Of a stretch of DNA of 35,766 nt, positions 1 to 9,087 are shown one piece after another. A program made the position numbers and the translations under genes. Location of the stretch: assembly GCA_003151655.1 (NCBI GenBank), contig PLYB01000275.1, positions 34,320-70,085 on the forward strand. The letters run 5' to 3'. Under the pieces are notes generated by a model that had not been told where the DNA came from, searched no databases, and was given only the letters and a program-made list of their open reading frames with translations. Each line of letters starts with the position of its first letter. The first letter of the stretch is position 1. Source of the DNA: Gallionellaceae bacterium. GTDB lineage: Bacteria > Pseudomonadota > Gammaproteobacteria > Burkholderiales > Gallionellaceae.

Positions 1-113
1 CCCCCTCGCTACGCTCTCCCCGCGTGCGGGGGAAAGTTGGATAGGGGGGAACGGGCATGGCGAGTTTCATTATCAGGGGGCATCTTTGCAATGCCCGTTA
101 GGAGAATTTCAAA

Positions 114-695
114 ATGAGCGAATACCTGCTGCTGCTACTTTCAACTGCACTGGTGAACAATGTAGTGCTGGTAAAGTTTTTGGGACTGTGCCCGTTCATG
201 GGTATCTCAAAAAAAATGGACACCGCTTTAAGCATGGGTCTTGCCACGACTTTCGTGATCACCTTTACCACTGCAGGTGCCTGGCTGCTGGAGCACTGGC
301 TGTTGATGCCGCTGGGCATCCAATATCTACGCATCCTGACTTATATCTTGGCTATCGCTGCGGTGGTGCAGTTCACCGAGATGGTCATTCGAAAAGTCGC
401 CCCTGCGCTGTATCAAGTGCTGGGTATCTATCTGCCGCTGATTACCACCAACTGCGCGGTGCTCGGTTTGCCGCTGCTTAACGTACAAGAGAAAAGTGGT
501 TTCGCGGTCAGCCTGATGGTGGGCTTCGGTTCATCGGTCGGCTTTACTTTGGTGCTGGTGTTATTCGCTGGTTTGCGTGAACGCATCGCACTGGCAACCG
601 TATCGGCCACTTTTGCCGGCGCACCCATCGCCTTTATCACCGCCGGATTATTGGCATTGGCGTTTATGGGTTTTGCCGGGTTAGTGCCACATTAA
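114..695 (+). CDS. rnfA: Rnf electron transport complex subunit A (RnfA)
   Basis: 193-aa polytopic membrane ORF. N-terminus [30 protein letters not shown] is typical of RnfA/NqrE-type subunits. First gene of a colinear rnfABCDGE set. Confidence 0.95.
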   Translation: MSEYLLLLLSTALVNNVVLVKFLGLCPFMGISKKMDTALSMGLATTFVITFTTAGAWLLEHWLLMPLGIQYLRILTYILAIAAVVQFTEMVIRKVAPALYQVLGIYLPLITTNCAVLGLPLLNVQEKSGFAVSLMVGFGSSVGFTLVLVLFAGLRERIALATVSATFAGAPIAFITAGLLALAFMGFAGLVPH

Positions 696-701
696 ATGCG
701 T

Positions 702-789
702 GAAGAGAGAAGGGTAAAAGAGGGAAGGGTGAAAACCTCGCTCCCTGGGTTAGGAGAGATGGTTTTACCCTTCTCCCTTCCCTCTTAAC
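702..789. repeat. Purine-rich imperfect inverted-repeat element in the rnfA-rnfB gap
   Basis: Left arm gaagagagaagggtaaaagagggaagggtgaaaacc. Right arm ggttttacccttctcccttccctcttaac. AAGAGGGAAGGG pairs with CCCTTCCCTCTT, and GGGT(G)AAAACC pairs with GGTTTTACCC. The element fills nearly the whole intergenic gap. Confidence 0.6.
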
Positions 790-812
790 GTTAATTAAAG
801 GAATAATCTGAA

Positions 813-1352
813 ATGATTGCCGCACTAACAAGTCTGACTATTCTGGGCGTGGTTCTGGGTTTGATCCTGGGCGTGGCTGCGCGCGTGTTTAGAGTAGAGG
901 GTAATAAATTAGCCGAAGAAGTGCTGGGGATTTTGCCCGGTTCGCAATGCGGGCAGTGCGGATTTCCGGGGTGCGCTGGAGCTGCGCAAGCCCTGGCCGA
1001 AGGGCGTGCGCCGGTGACGCTGTGCCCTCCGGGTGGTCGCGCTGTGGTGTTGGCCTTGGCCGCGAAGCTGGGCAAAGATGCGGACATGGCCGATGTGAAA
1101 GAATCGGTGCCGATGATTGCCGAAGTAAAAGAAGAGATTTGCATCGGCTGTACGCGCTGCTTCAAAGTGTGTCCAACCGATGCCATTATGGGCGCGGCAC
1201 AGCAAATACATTCTGTGTTCCGCGAAGCTTGTACTGCCTGCGGAAAATGCGAAGAAGTATGCCCGACCGAATCGATCAAACTGCAACCTATACCGGTGAC
1301 GCTGCAATCATGGTACTGGCATAAACCGCTGGCAACAGGGAGTGCAGCATGA
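813..1352 (+). CDS. rnfB: Rnf complex subunit B (RnfB), Fe-S protein
   Basis: N-terminal membrane anchor, then the GSQCGQCGFPGCAGAAQALAEG cluster motif and two CxxCxxCxxxCP ferredoxin motifs. The stop overlaps the rnfC ATG (ATGA). Confidence 0.95.
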   Translation: MIAALTSLTILGVVLGLILGVAARVFRVEGNKLAEEVLGILPGSQCGQCGFPGCAGAAQALAEGRAPVTLCPPGGRAVVLALAAKLGKDADMADVKESVPMIAEVKEEICIGCTRCFKVCPTDAIMGAAQQIHSVFREACTACGKCEEVCPTESIKLQPIPVTLQSWYWHKPLATGSAA

Positions 1353-2821
1353 AACTATTTAACCTGCGCGGTGGTGTGCATCCCGAGGGACGTAAAGATT
1401 TGTCGGCGGATATTCCGGTGCGCGTCTTGCCATTGCCAAAATTGCTGTTCGTTCCTTTGCAGCAACACATCGGCGCACCTGCTACACCCGTGGTGAACGT
1501 GGGCGACCATGTGCTGAAAGGTCAGCTCATCGCGGCAGCGCAAGGTACGGTTTCTTCGGCTATTCATGCGCCAACTTCGGGTGTGATTGTCGGGCTTGGC
1601 GATCATGCCGCGCCGCATCCTTCCGGTTTGCCCGTGCCGACTATTACCTTAGAGAGCGATGGTAACGATGCATGGATAACCACTGAAACCGTGACCGATC
1701 CGTTCGCGCTTAGCGCAGAAGACATTGCCGCGCGCGTGGCTGCGGCAGGTATTGTTGGTTTGGGTGGCGCGACTTTTCCGGCAGCGCTGAAACTCAACCT
1801 TAGTCGCAACAGTGGTGTGCAAACGCTCATCATGAACGGCGGCGAATGCGAACCTTATCTCACCTGCGATGACCGCATCATGCGCGAACGCGCGCTGGAG
1901 ATCGTCGAGGGCATTCGCCTGATCGCACTGGCCGTTGCCGCCAAAGAAGTGTTGGTCGGTATCGAAGACAACAAGCCAGAAGCCATCGCCGCCATGCAGT
2001 CAGCGGTGAAAGGCAGCGAGGTTAAAGTGGTGGCGATGCCGAGTATGTATCCGATGGGCTCGGAGAAACAAATCATTCAAGTGCTCACCGGAAAAGAAAT
2101 TCCAGCCGGTGGTCGTCCCGCCGACATCGGCGTGCTGGTGCATAACGTTGCCACTGCCTTTGCCGTACAGCAGGCTATTCGCTATAGCAGACCGTTGCTT
2201 TCGCGCATCGTCACCGTGAGCGGCGGCGCGATCAAGGCTGCGTGCAATGTCGAAGCCTTGGTCGGTACGCCGGTACAAGAGCTGATCGATTTCGCCGGTG
2301 GCTATTCGCAACCCGCAGCGCGTCTGGTGCTGGGCGGGCCGATGATGGGGCAACAGTTCTCCAATACCAATGTTCCTGTGGTGAAAGGAACCAGCGGTGT
2401 GCTGGCGCTGACTTCGCAAGAGATCGGTCAGGCAGAAGCCTCGCCTTGTATCCGTTGTTCGACTTGCGTGCGCGCGTGTCCGGTCGGTTTGTTGCCGCTG
2501 GAAATGGCGGCGCATATTCGCATTTCCAATCTGGCTGGAGCCGTCACGCTGGGACTCAAAGATTGCATCTCCTGCGGTTCGTGTTCGTATGTTTGTCCGG
2601 CACACATTCCGTTGGTGCATTACTTTAACTATGCCAAGGGCGATCTCGCCACGCAGGAGCGCGCCAAGTTGAAACAGGAAGCTACCAAAAAATTAGCCGA
2701 AGCGCGCAACGAGCGCATCGCGCGTATCGAGCGTGAGCGCGCAGAAGCCGCCGCAAAACGCAAAGCCGCACGCGCCGCAAAAGAAGCCGCAGCAGCAGCG
2801 GCTAAGGCGGAGGTTGTATGA
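1349..2821 (+). CDS. rnfC: Rnf complex subunit C (RnfC)
   Basis: 490 aa. GLGGATFP nucleotide-binding region. Two Fe-S motifs (CIRCSTCVRACP and CISCGSCSYVCP). Lys/Ala/Glu-rich C-terminal tail. Confidence 0.95.
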   Translation: MKLFNLRGGVHPEGRKDLSADIPVRVLPLPKLLFVPLQQHIGAPATPVVNVGDHVLKGQLIAAAQGTVSSAIHAPTSGVIVGLGDHAAPHPSGLPVPTITLESDGNDAWITTETVTDPFALSAEDIAARVAAAGIVGLGGATFPAALKLNLSRNSGVQTLIMNGGECEPYLTCDDRIMRERALEIVEGIRLIALAVAAKEVLVGIEDNKPEAIAAMQSAVKGSEVKVVAMPSMYPMGSEKQIIQVLTGKEIPAGGRPADIGVLVHNVATAFAVQQAIRYSRPLLSRIVTVSGGAIKAACNVEALVGTPVQELIDFAGGYSQPAARLVLGGPMMGQQFSNTNVPVVKGTSGVLALTSQEIGQAEASPCIRCSTCVRACPVGLLPLEMAAHIRISNLAGAVTLGLKDCISCGSCSYVCPAHIPLVHYFNYAKGDLATQERAKLKQEATKKLAEARNERIARIERERAEAAAKRKAARAAKEAAAAAAKAEVV

Positions 2822-2834
2822 GTCAAAAACTATT

Positions 2835-2960
2835 ACCACAGAGACACAGAGACACAGAGGAAAACCAAATCGAGGGCTTTGCTTCGGCGATAAATTCGGA
2901 ACTTTTTGGAGGGCAATTTAAGGGTCTTTGCCTTTCTCTGTGCCTCTGTGTCTCTGTGGT
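2835..2960. repeat. Inverted-repeat element with tandem-octamer arms in the rnfC-rnfD gap
   Basis: Left arm accacagagacacagagacacagagg (2835-2860). Right arm ctctgtgcctctgtgtctctgtggt (2936-2960). Both arms are built from CACAGAGA / TCTCTGTG octamer repeats. An 18-nt perfect pairing is possible if register slips by one octamer. The spacer is about 75 nt. Confidence 0.75.
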
Positions 2961-2978
2961 GCAAAAAGGATTTTTATC

Positions 2979-4046
2979 ATGAACCAAATCGCACATTCCC
3001 CGCACGCACACGCACCTATTTCCATCAGCAAAGTGATGGCAACAGTAATGCTCGCGCTTGCACCGGCCACGCTGTTTGGCTTCTGGTTGTACGGTTGGCC
3101 TGCGATCAATCTGTGGGTGGTATCGCTGATCGCGGCCATCATCGGCGAGGCGTTCGTGGTGCGCTGGCAGGGTCGCGCAGTGCGTCCGGTATTGATGGAT
3201 GGTTCGGGTGTGTTGACTGCGTGGTTACTGGCGTTGTCATTGCCACCGTTCGCACCTTGGTGGATCGCGGCGCTGGGCAGTTTGTTTGCTGTCGTCATCT
3301 GCAAGCAGGTGTTTGGCGGTCTGGGGCAGAACGTGTTCAACCCGGCAATGGCCGCACGCGTGATGTTATTGATTTCCTTTCCGTTAGAGATGACTACCTG
3401 GATCGCGCCAGCACCTTTGGGTTCGGCACATGCACCCAGCCTGCTGGAAAGTTTGCGCATCACTTTCCTCTCTCAACCAATAGACGGTATGGCCAGCGCT
3501 TCGCTGCTCGGTCATGTGAAAACTGAATTTACGCGCGGCATCGGTCTCGATCAATCGCTCACCGGATATTTTTCGCCGCTGCATTCGATGGTAGGCGAAC
3601 GTGCCGGTAGTTTGGGTGAAACGGCGGCTGTGTTGTTGCTGCTCGGCGGAGCGTTCCTCATCGCTCGTCGCATCATCACCTGGCATGCCCCGGTTGCGAT
3701 GTTGGCGGGTGTCGCCGTTCCGGCACTGCTGTTCAATCTGATCGACAGCAATCATTACGCCGGGCCGATGTATCACTTGCTTTCCGGCGGGCTGATGCTG
3801 GGCGCGTTCTTCATCATCACCGATCCGGTGACCTCGCCCAATACCACACTCGGACAACTTATTTTCGGCTTCAGTTGCGGCTTGCTGACTTGGATCATTC
3901 GTACCTGGGGCGGCTACCCGGAAGGCGTAGCCTTCGCCGTGATGCTGATGAATGCCGCCACGCCGATCATCGACTACTACGTCAAACCGCGTATCTACGG
4001 GCGAGATCGCAAGGGCGCAGCATTGCCGGTTAGGAAGGAGTCCTGA
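2979..4046 (+). CDS. rnfD: Rnf complex subunit D (RnfD)
   Basis: Polytopic membrane protein in the rnfD position. The start is moved to the ATG at 2979 (MNQIAHSP...) because the ORF-track start at 2928 lies inside the upstream inverted-repeat element. Confidence 0.9.
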   Translation: MNQIAHSPHAHAPISISKVMATVMLALAPATLFGFWLYGWPAINLWVVSLIAAIIGEAFVVRWQGRAVRPVLMDGSGVLTAWLLALSLPPFAPWWIAALGSLFAVVICKQVFGGLGQNVFNPAMAARVMLLISFPLEMTTWIAPAPLGSAHAPSLLESLRITFLSQPIDGMASASLLGHVKTEFTRGIGLDQSLTGYFSPLHSMVGERAGSLGETAAVLLLLGGAFLIARRIITWHAPVAMLAGVAVPALLFNLIDSNHYAGPMYHLLSGGLMLGAFFIITDPVTSPNTTLGQLIFGFSCGLLTWIIRTWGGYPEGVAFAVMLMNAATPIIDYYVKPRIYGRDRKGAALPVRKES

Positions 4047-4047
4047 G

Positions 4048-4683
4048 ATGAAGCTCGAACAATTGCGCGGCAGTTTGGCTTATCAGGGCTTTTTGCTCGG
4101 CGGTACAGCCTTGTTGACTACAGCAGCGCTGGCCTTGGCCGCGCGGGCAACCGATGCCGATATTCACGCCGCAGAAGCGCGCGACATGAAGCAATCTTTT
4201 GCCGTGGTGTTGACCGGACAATACGACAACGACTTGCTCAAAGATACGCTGACATTAAACGGCCCGAATGGTGAAGTCACGGTGTATCGCGCACGCAAAG
4301 CGGGGCAAGTGGAAGCACTGGTGTACAAGGTCAGCGGTAACGGTTACGCCGGGGCAGTTGATTGCATTATGGGCATTGATCGCACTGGAAAAATCACCGG
4401 GGTGCGCGTGATCAAGCACCGCGAAACGCCGGGCTTGGGTGACAAGATCGAAGCGGCGAAGAGTCGCTGGATATTCGCTTTCGAGGGGAAATATCTGGGC
4501 GATCCTCCCGCTGATAAATGGGGCGTGAAAAAAGACGGCGGCGTGTTCGATCAATTCGCCGGTGCCACCATCACACCGCGCGGAGTGGTTAAAGCAGTGA
4601 AGGGCGGTCTCGAATTCTTCGAAAAAAATCGTGCGCAATTGCTGGATGGAAGTGCGCCCCTAGGAGGAGCTACTCATGAGTAA
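4048..4683 (+). CDS. rnfG: Rnf complex subunit G (RnfG), FMN-binding
   Basis: ATG at 4048 is preceded by GGAAGGAG. N-terminal anchor plus an FMN_bind-type region (HRETPGLGDKI, GATITPRGV). The ORF-track extension back to 3952 overlaps rnfD. Confidence 0.9.
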   Translation: MKLEQLRGSLAYQGFLLGGTALLTTAALALAARATDADIHAAEARDMKQSFAVVLTGQYDNDLLKDTLTLNGPNGEVTVYRARKAGQVEALVYKVSGNGYAGAVDCIMGIDRTGKITGVRVIKHRETPGLGDKIEAAKSRWIFAFEGKYLGDPPADKWGVKKDGGVFDQFAGATITPRGVVKAVKGGLEFFEKNRAQLLDGSAPLGGATHE

Positions 4684-5362
4684 TCAATACGCTAGAATTT
4701 CACGCGAAAGTTTGTGGGATAACAACATCGTGTTCGCCCAAATTCTCGGCATGTGCCCGACCATGGCGGTGACTAGCAGCGCCACCAACGGTTTGGGGAT
4801 GGGGCTCGCCACCACCGCAGTGCTACTCGCCTCCAATATGATCATCTCCGCTATTCGCAACATCGTTAGCGAAGAAGTGCGCATTCCGGTTTACATCGTC
4901 ATCATCGCCACACTGGTGACGCTAGTGGATGTGAGCATCAACGCATGGGCACATGATCTGTACAAAGTGCTGGGGCTGTATATCGCACTCATCGTGGCCA
5001 ACTGCGCAGTACTCGGACGCGCCGAAGCCTTCGCCGCCAAGAATCCGGTACTGCCCTCCGGCATGGACGGCTTGATGATGGGCCTGGGCTTCACCTTCGC
5101 CTTGACCACCATCGGCGCAGTGCGCGAAATAATCGGCGCAGGTACCTTGTTCGCTGATGCGCACTTGTTGCTGGGTCAGGCATTCTCATTCATGGAATTG
5201 AAAATTATTCCCGACTACAAAGGCTTCCTGCTGATGATCTTGCCACCGGGCGGATTTCTGGTGCTGGGATTTTTGATTGCAGCTAAACGCGTGATTGATC
5301 GTAATCGTGCGCAGCGTGCGGTTGTTGCCGCAACACCTGCTGCAGAACCCGTAGCGAGTTAG
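4676..5362 (+). CDS. rnfE: Rnf complex subunit E (RnfE)
   Basis: 228-aa membrane protein paralogous to RnfA (ILGMCPTMAVTS). Its start overlaps the rnfG stop. Confidence 0.95.
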   Translation: MSNQYARISRESLWDNNIVFAQILGMCPTMAVTSSATNGLGMGLATTAVLLASNMIISAIRNIVSEEVRIPVYIVIIATLVTLVDVSINAWAHDLYKVLGLYIALIVANCAVLGRAEAFAAKNPVLPSGMDGLMMGLGFTFALTTIGAVREIIGAGTLFADAHLLLGQAFSFMELKIIPDYKGFLLMILPPGGFLVLGFLIAAKRVIDRNRAQRAVVAATPAAEPVAS

Positions 5363-5370
5363 GAGACATC

Positions 5371-5649
5371 ATGCAAATCGGCGTAGCCTATTCCGAACCC
5401 GCGCAGCAACTCTGGTTGCGCATCGAAGTGCCTGACGATGCCACGGTGCAAACCGCCATCGAACAATCCGGCATCCTTAAGAAATTTCCTGCCATTGATC
5501 TTGCCAATGACACCGTCGGCATCTTCGGTAAAGCTGCCGAACTGGATGCCTCGCTCAAACCCGGTGACCGTATTGAGATTTACCGTGCCATCACCGCTGA
5601 TCCGGCCACTGTGCCAAGAAGGGTGATTGCGGGTGAGGACGACGAATAA
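5371..5649 (+). CDS. rnfH: RnfH family ubiquitin-like small protein
   Basis: 92-aa ORF directly after rnfE. The sequence ...GDRIEIYRAITADP is typical of RnfH/UPF0125. Confidence 0.85.
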   Translation: MQIGVAYSEPAQQLWLRIEVPDDATVQTAIEQSGILKKFPAIDLANDTVGIFGKAAELDASLKPGDRIEIYRAITADPATVPRRVIAGEDDE

Positions 5650-5673
5650 GTTTAATTTGCACCAAGTCTAATG

Positions 5674-5694
5674 GGGGCGTAATGCTTACGCCCC
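5674..5694 (+). terminator. Stem-loop after rnfH (terminator-like or REP-like)
   Basis: ggggcgtaa-tgc-ttacgcccc gives a 9-bp perfect stem. No clear U-tract follows, so it may be a REP-type hairpin rather than an intrinsic terminator. Confidence 0.4.
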
Positions 5695-5799
5695 TGCATA
5701 TCTTACAGCGCAGAATTAGCACTGCATACACAGGTTGATCCCGAAATTCAATAAATTCGTGCGCTGTGCAAAAAATAACCAGCAGTGATACTATGGGTC

Positions 5800-6096
5800 A
5801 TGGCTGAAATTAAAGTGTTTGATGACTCATGGCCATTATCCTTAAAAAACGGTAACGGTGTATTGCGCCGTGAAGTTTGGGTAGATGAGCGGGAGCGGGT
5901 AGTGCGCTACAACCTCGCGTACATCAACCACTCGATTTATCGGGACGATAACGGGCGAGTAGTTGGGTATGACAATGCACACGGTCATCATCATCGGCAT
6001 TACATGGGCGTGATTACGCCAGTCAAATTCAGCAGTTTTGAAGACATCGAAGAAAAGTTTCAGGCTGACTGGATTGAGTTTAGGGGCAAAAAATGA
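5800..6096 (+). CDS. Small putative toxin, TumE/DUF6516-like
   Basis: 98-aa ORF starting at the ATG at 5800. It carries the His-rich YDNAHGHHHRHY motif. Its stop overlaps (ATGA) the start of a downstream wHTH gene. The family name is recalled from memory and is not verified. Confidence 0.5.
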   Translation: MAEIKVFDDSWPLSLKNGNGVLRREVWVDERERVVRYNLAYINHSIYRDDNGRVVGYDNAHGHHHRHYMGVITPVKFSSFEDIEEKFQADWIEFRGKK

Positions 6097-6455
6097 AGAC
6101 GACTATCAAAGTGGCAAGCACGGAAGAATTTTTCCAACGCGGCAAAAAAATTGCGAAGCTGGCAGATCAAGGCAAACGCATTCCGCATGAGCGCGTTATC
6201 TCGTTTGAAGACCCGGAAGATTTGGCACGGCTGATTACAACGGCAAAGCTTGTCCTATTTCGTGAAGTAAAGGAATGCCCCGGTTCGATAACCGATTTGT
6301 CGCAACGCTTGCACCGGGATCGCAGCGCCGTAAAGCGTGATATTGATGAACTGGAACGATTCGGCTTGGTGGAAATAGAGGAATTGCCTTTTCCCGGACA
6401 TGGACGTAAAAAAGAAGTTCGTGCTGTTGCCGAGCAAGTGTTGCTGGCTATGTGA
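6093..6455 (+). CDS. Winged-HTH DNA-binding protein, putative cognate antitoxin
   Basis: 120 aa. The segment ...ITDLSQRLHRDRSAVKRDIDELERFGLVE is a MarR/ArsR-like wHTH. Translationally coupled to the upstream small ORF. Confidence 0.6.
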   Translation: MKTTIKVASTEEFFQRGKKIAKLADQGKRIPHERVISFEDPEDLARLITTAKLVLFREVKECPGSITDLSQRLHRDRSAVKRDIDELERFGLVEIEELPFPGHGRKKEVRAVAEQVLLAM

Positions 6456-6549
6456 ACTTGCAGCGGGAAAAAGTCAGTGCCTAGGTTAATCTCTTCGGGT
6501 GCGCCAGAAGAGATGAATCTGGGCACTGGCAAGCTGTCATATTATTACC

Positions 6550-7383
6550 CTAGCTGTCTTTATCCCATGTGCGCTTGACAAGTCCAGCTATCTTGGAAAA
6601 TGACTCGGCGTTAGATTCAATCGCAGTCGAATCGACTGTGATAAGAATTAACTTTGGCTTTCGCGTAAAGGATATCTTTGCCTCATCAAGAATTTGTTGA
6701 GCATCATCTGCCAAGTGAGGAGCAATACGAAATCCGAGAAGTGATTTGTTTCCACTCCGTTTGTGTAGCCAAAAGTAGTTGTTCCGACCAATGTTGAGAG
6801 CGATGTAGTTCTTGACGTAACCAAGTTGTGGCGCTCCGAGTGCCGGTGTCACTACTGATAATATCTTATCGGCGGCATCAACCGTCCACTTAGCTTTCTT
6901 GTTCCAAAATTCGCGATTCACTTCGACTTCAAGCACAGACGAACCGTCGTCTATTTCCTCAAATGTATCGAGCACTTTCGTGAAGAACAATGAACGCTTA
7001 CCGTTGGACTCGATGAGAGATGCTTGAATAGCGATGATTGGTATAGAGTGACTGAGAATGTGGATGACATTGAAGAAGCGACGAGTGACATGCTCCGCTA
7101 CAAGAACTGCATAGTGCTGACGCTGAGGCCAGCGTCTCTTCTCATTGTCCCAGTATTCAATGGTTCGAATGATGTGCGTCTCGTCGGTCTCACCGAGCAT
7201 CACCTCGACCTCATACATGGAATCGTCTTGAGGGTCTTTGAGCAAAATGTCCAGACGTCCGCCTGAGTTCTGGCTACGTTCCTTGTTTAGCGCGTCGAGA
7301 TCACCCAAGCCCAAGGCGGCTGGATTACCCCAGATTTGATCCTGTAGCCAGTACTCGTCAAAGCCTGCTTCGCGGATAGACAC
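6550..7383 (-). CDS. Hypothetical protein, possible PD-(D/E)xK nuclease-fold N-terminal domain
   Basis: 277-aa ORF with no competing frame. GGRLDILLKD...YEVEVMLGE resembles the D...ExK restriction-endonuclease-like core, but the Lys position is not obvious. The function is uncertain. Confidence 0.45.
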   Translation of the reverse strand: MSIREAGFDEYWLQDQIWGNPAALGLGDLDALNKERSQNSGGRLDILLKDPQDDSMYEVEVMLGETDETHIIRTIEYWDNEKRRWPQRQHYAVLVAEHVTRRFFNVIHILSHSIPIIAIQASLIESNGKRSLFFTKVLDTFEEIDDGSSVLEVEVNREFWNKKAKWTVDAADKILSVVTPALGAPQLGYVKNYIALNIGRNNYFWLHKRSGNKSLLGFRIAPHLADDAQQILDEAKISFTRKPKLILITVDSTAIESNAESFSKIAGLVKRTWDKDS

Positions 7384-7545
7384 GGAATGTGCGATTGTAA
7401 TCTCTCTTGACCTCTACTAGTTATTTGAGCACCAATTACCCCCGTCAAAGTAACACGGGGGGCTGTAAATATCGGAATGCACACTAACAACTAAAGGTCG
7501 TGAGGGCAACAGGATAAATGGCCTATATGAGTTTTGGGATCCAGC

Positions 7546-7616
7546 GTAGCCCGGATGTAATCCGGGATGATCGGAGAGCGCAATCCCCGAATTCCACTGC
7601 GCTGCATTCGGGCTAC
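7546..7616. repeat. REP-like inverted-repeat element
   Basis: Outer arms gtagcccggatg and cattcgggctac match at 11 of 12 positions. An inner hairpin is cccggat-gta-atccggg. Confidence 0.6.
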
Positions 7617-7708
7617 GGGTAGCTGTAGAGCTGTATCAGAAAGTTGAGCACTGATCAGTATTCACGCCGCCAAGCGTTGGCGATCAAAGGGCGCGGGTTC
7701 ACATTGTT

Positions 7709-8059
7709 TTATTCATGCACCACCAGCGTATTGCGGGTGATTTCAACGAACCGGCTGGATGTAAAGGCTGCTTCAATGCCGGATAAGTTCGCACGCAGCA
7801 GTTTCTCCAAATCAGTGTTGCTGATGTTGCCAGTGGAGATTAATAACAGTGATGGTTCGCCCGTTATCAAGAAGGTCTGAACGAAGTCAGCATCTTTGCT
7901 GACCACGATGCGCCCATCGCGCTTGGCTCGGGTTATGACTTCGTTGTCTAGTGTGAGATTTTTGCGCGGCAGGTCAAGAGTGTGCAATGCATCGTGTCCA
8001 GCCTCGTTCAGCCAGTTGGCGAAGCGACGTGGAAGTTGCGCATCGATCAGGAATTTCAT
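7709..8059 (-). CDS. DUF5615-type PIN-like putative toxin
   Basis: 116 aa, MKFLIDAQLPRRFANWL... Typical partner of DUF433 proteins. Its ATG overlaps the stop of the upstream DUF433 gene. Confidence 0.75.
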   Translation of the reverse strand: MKFLIDAQLPRRFANWLNEAGHDALHTLDLPRKNLTLDNEVITRAKRDGRIVVSKDADFVQTFLITGEPSLLLISTGNISNTDLEKLLRANLSGIEAAFTSSRFVEITRNTLVVHE

Positions 8060-8280
8060 GCGTCCAAGCGATCCAACCGTTTAATATGAGTCAGACGCGC
8101 GGCATAAGACAACGCCGCCAAAATATCTTCACGTTCCAGATCGTTATAATCAGCCAGAATCTCTTCAGTGGTCATGCCACTGGCCAGCCATTCCAGCACG
8201 TTTTCCACCGGATAACGCAGGCCTCGAATACAAGGCTTGCCGTGACATACCAAAGGGTCAACTGTAATGCGATCACTCAT
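8056..8280 (-). CDS. DUF433 domain protein (putative antitoxin)
   Basis: MSDRITVDPLVCHGKPCIRGLRYPV... is the DUF433 signature. The start is moved to the ATG at 8280, which follows a GGAGG SD. Confidence 0.8.
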   Translation of the reverse strand: MSDRITVDPLVCHGKPCIRGLRYPVENVLEWLASGMTTEEILADYNDLEREDILAALSYAARLTHIKRLDRLDA

Positions 8281-8374
8281 TATTCTGCCTCCTGGTTTCT
8301 TAAATATCACTTAGGGTGCGATTCATAGAGGTACATCTTACACCAGATACGGGGTGCATTTTTCAACCTTGCGC

Positions 8375-9061
8375 TTATTTACAGCTAAGTCGATACACTT
8401 TGTACTCGACACGTTTTACGTCCGTATTTTGAGATGCAGGGTCGGCCTCAAACACGCTTTCCACATAAGCCAAGTCAATCTCGAAGCCATCTGAATAGAT
8501 GTTTTTGATTTCTTCGTCCACGCCAATGGCTTGGCTCATTGATACATTTTCTGCTGCGTCTTCTATGGTCAGCAGAAATACTTTTGAGGTCTTTGCTACC
8601 AGCTTGTGTAATTGTTTAACGTATAGAGCGCGAATATTTTCCGGTAAGGAAGTGAGCGCCGCTCGATCATAGGCGGCATCAAAGAAACCAATATCTGCTT
8701 TGGTTAATGCAAAATAATCGCCACACAAAATACTGATATTGCCATGACTCCATAGCGTGAATTGCCCGACAACCCGTTTGACAGGCTGCAAGTTATTCTC
8801 TTGAAAAAAGGCGCTCACTGCGACAGGACTAAGTTCTACGCCAATGACCTCATGCCCACGGTCAGCAAGCCAGATCATATCCAGACTCTTGCCGCATAGC
8901 GGAACAAATATACGGCTACCCACGCCGGATTCCAGGCTAGGCCAAAATTTGATGAGTAAGGGATTAACTTCTGTTTGATGGAAATCGGTGCGTTGATCTA
9001 GCCAGCATTGCAACCATAAATGATTGTCGCGGTTACTATGAACTAGGCCGTGGTTATCCAC
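8375..9061 (-). CDS. tpm: Thiopurine S-methyltransferase family protein
   Basis: FHQTEVNPLLIKFWP...RIFVPLCGKSLDMIWLADRGHEVIGVELSPVAVSAFF matches the bacterial TPMT signature. The GTG start is inferred. Confidence 0.85.
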   Translation of the reverse strand: MDNHGLVHSNRDNHLWLQCWLDQRTDFHQTEVNPLLIKFWPSLESGVGSRIFVPLCGKSLDMIWLADRGHEVIGVELSPVAVSAFFQENNLQPVKRVVGQFTLWSHGNISILCGDYFALTKADIGFFDAAYDRAALTSLPENIRALYVKQLHKLVAKTSKVFLLTIEDAAENVSMSQAIGVDEEIKNIYSDGFEIDLAYVESVFEADPASQNTDVKRVEYKVYRLSCK

Positions 9062-9087
9062 CGATTCGGATGCGGTGGATGCATTCT

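Noticed and set aside
75-90. Possible sigma54 promoter upstream of rnfA (AGGGGG-CATCT-TTGCA, with GG-N10-GC spacing satisfied)
   Set aside because: The -24 hexamer matches only at the GG. The predicted transcription start would fall on or after the rnfA Shine-Dalgarno at about 100-104. The real promoter may lie upstream of the window.
2835-2960. CACAGAGA repeats as a possible CRISPR or minisatellite
   Set aside because: There are only two or three octamer units per arm, arranged as an inverted repeat. There is no repeat-spacer periodicity and no cas genes.
2928-2978. ORF-track 5' extension of rnfD (MPFSVPLCLCGAKRIFI...)
   Set aside because: These codons are the translated right arm of the octamer inverted repeat. 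The ATG at 2979 gives a normal RnfD N-terminus.
3952-4047. ORF-track 5' extension of rnfG
   Set aside because: It overlaps the 3' end of rnfD in another frame. The ATG at 4048 has a strong GGAAGGAG SD.
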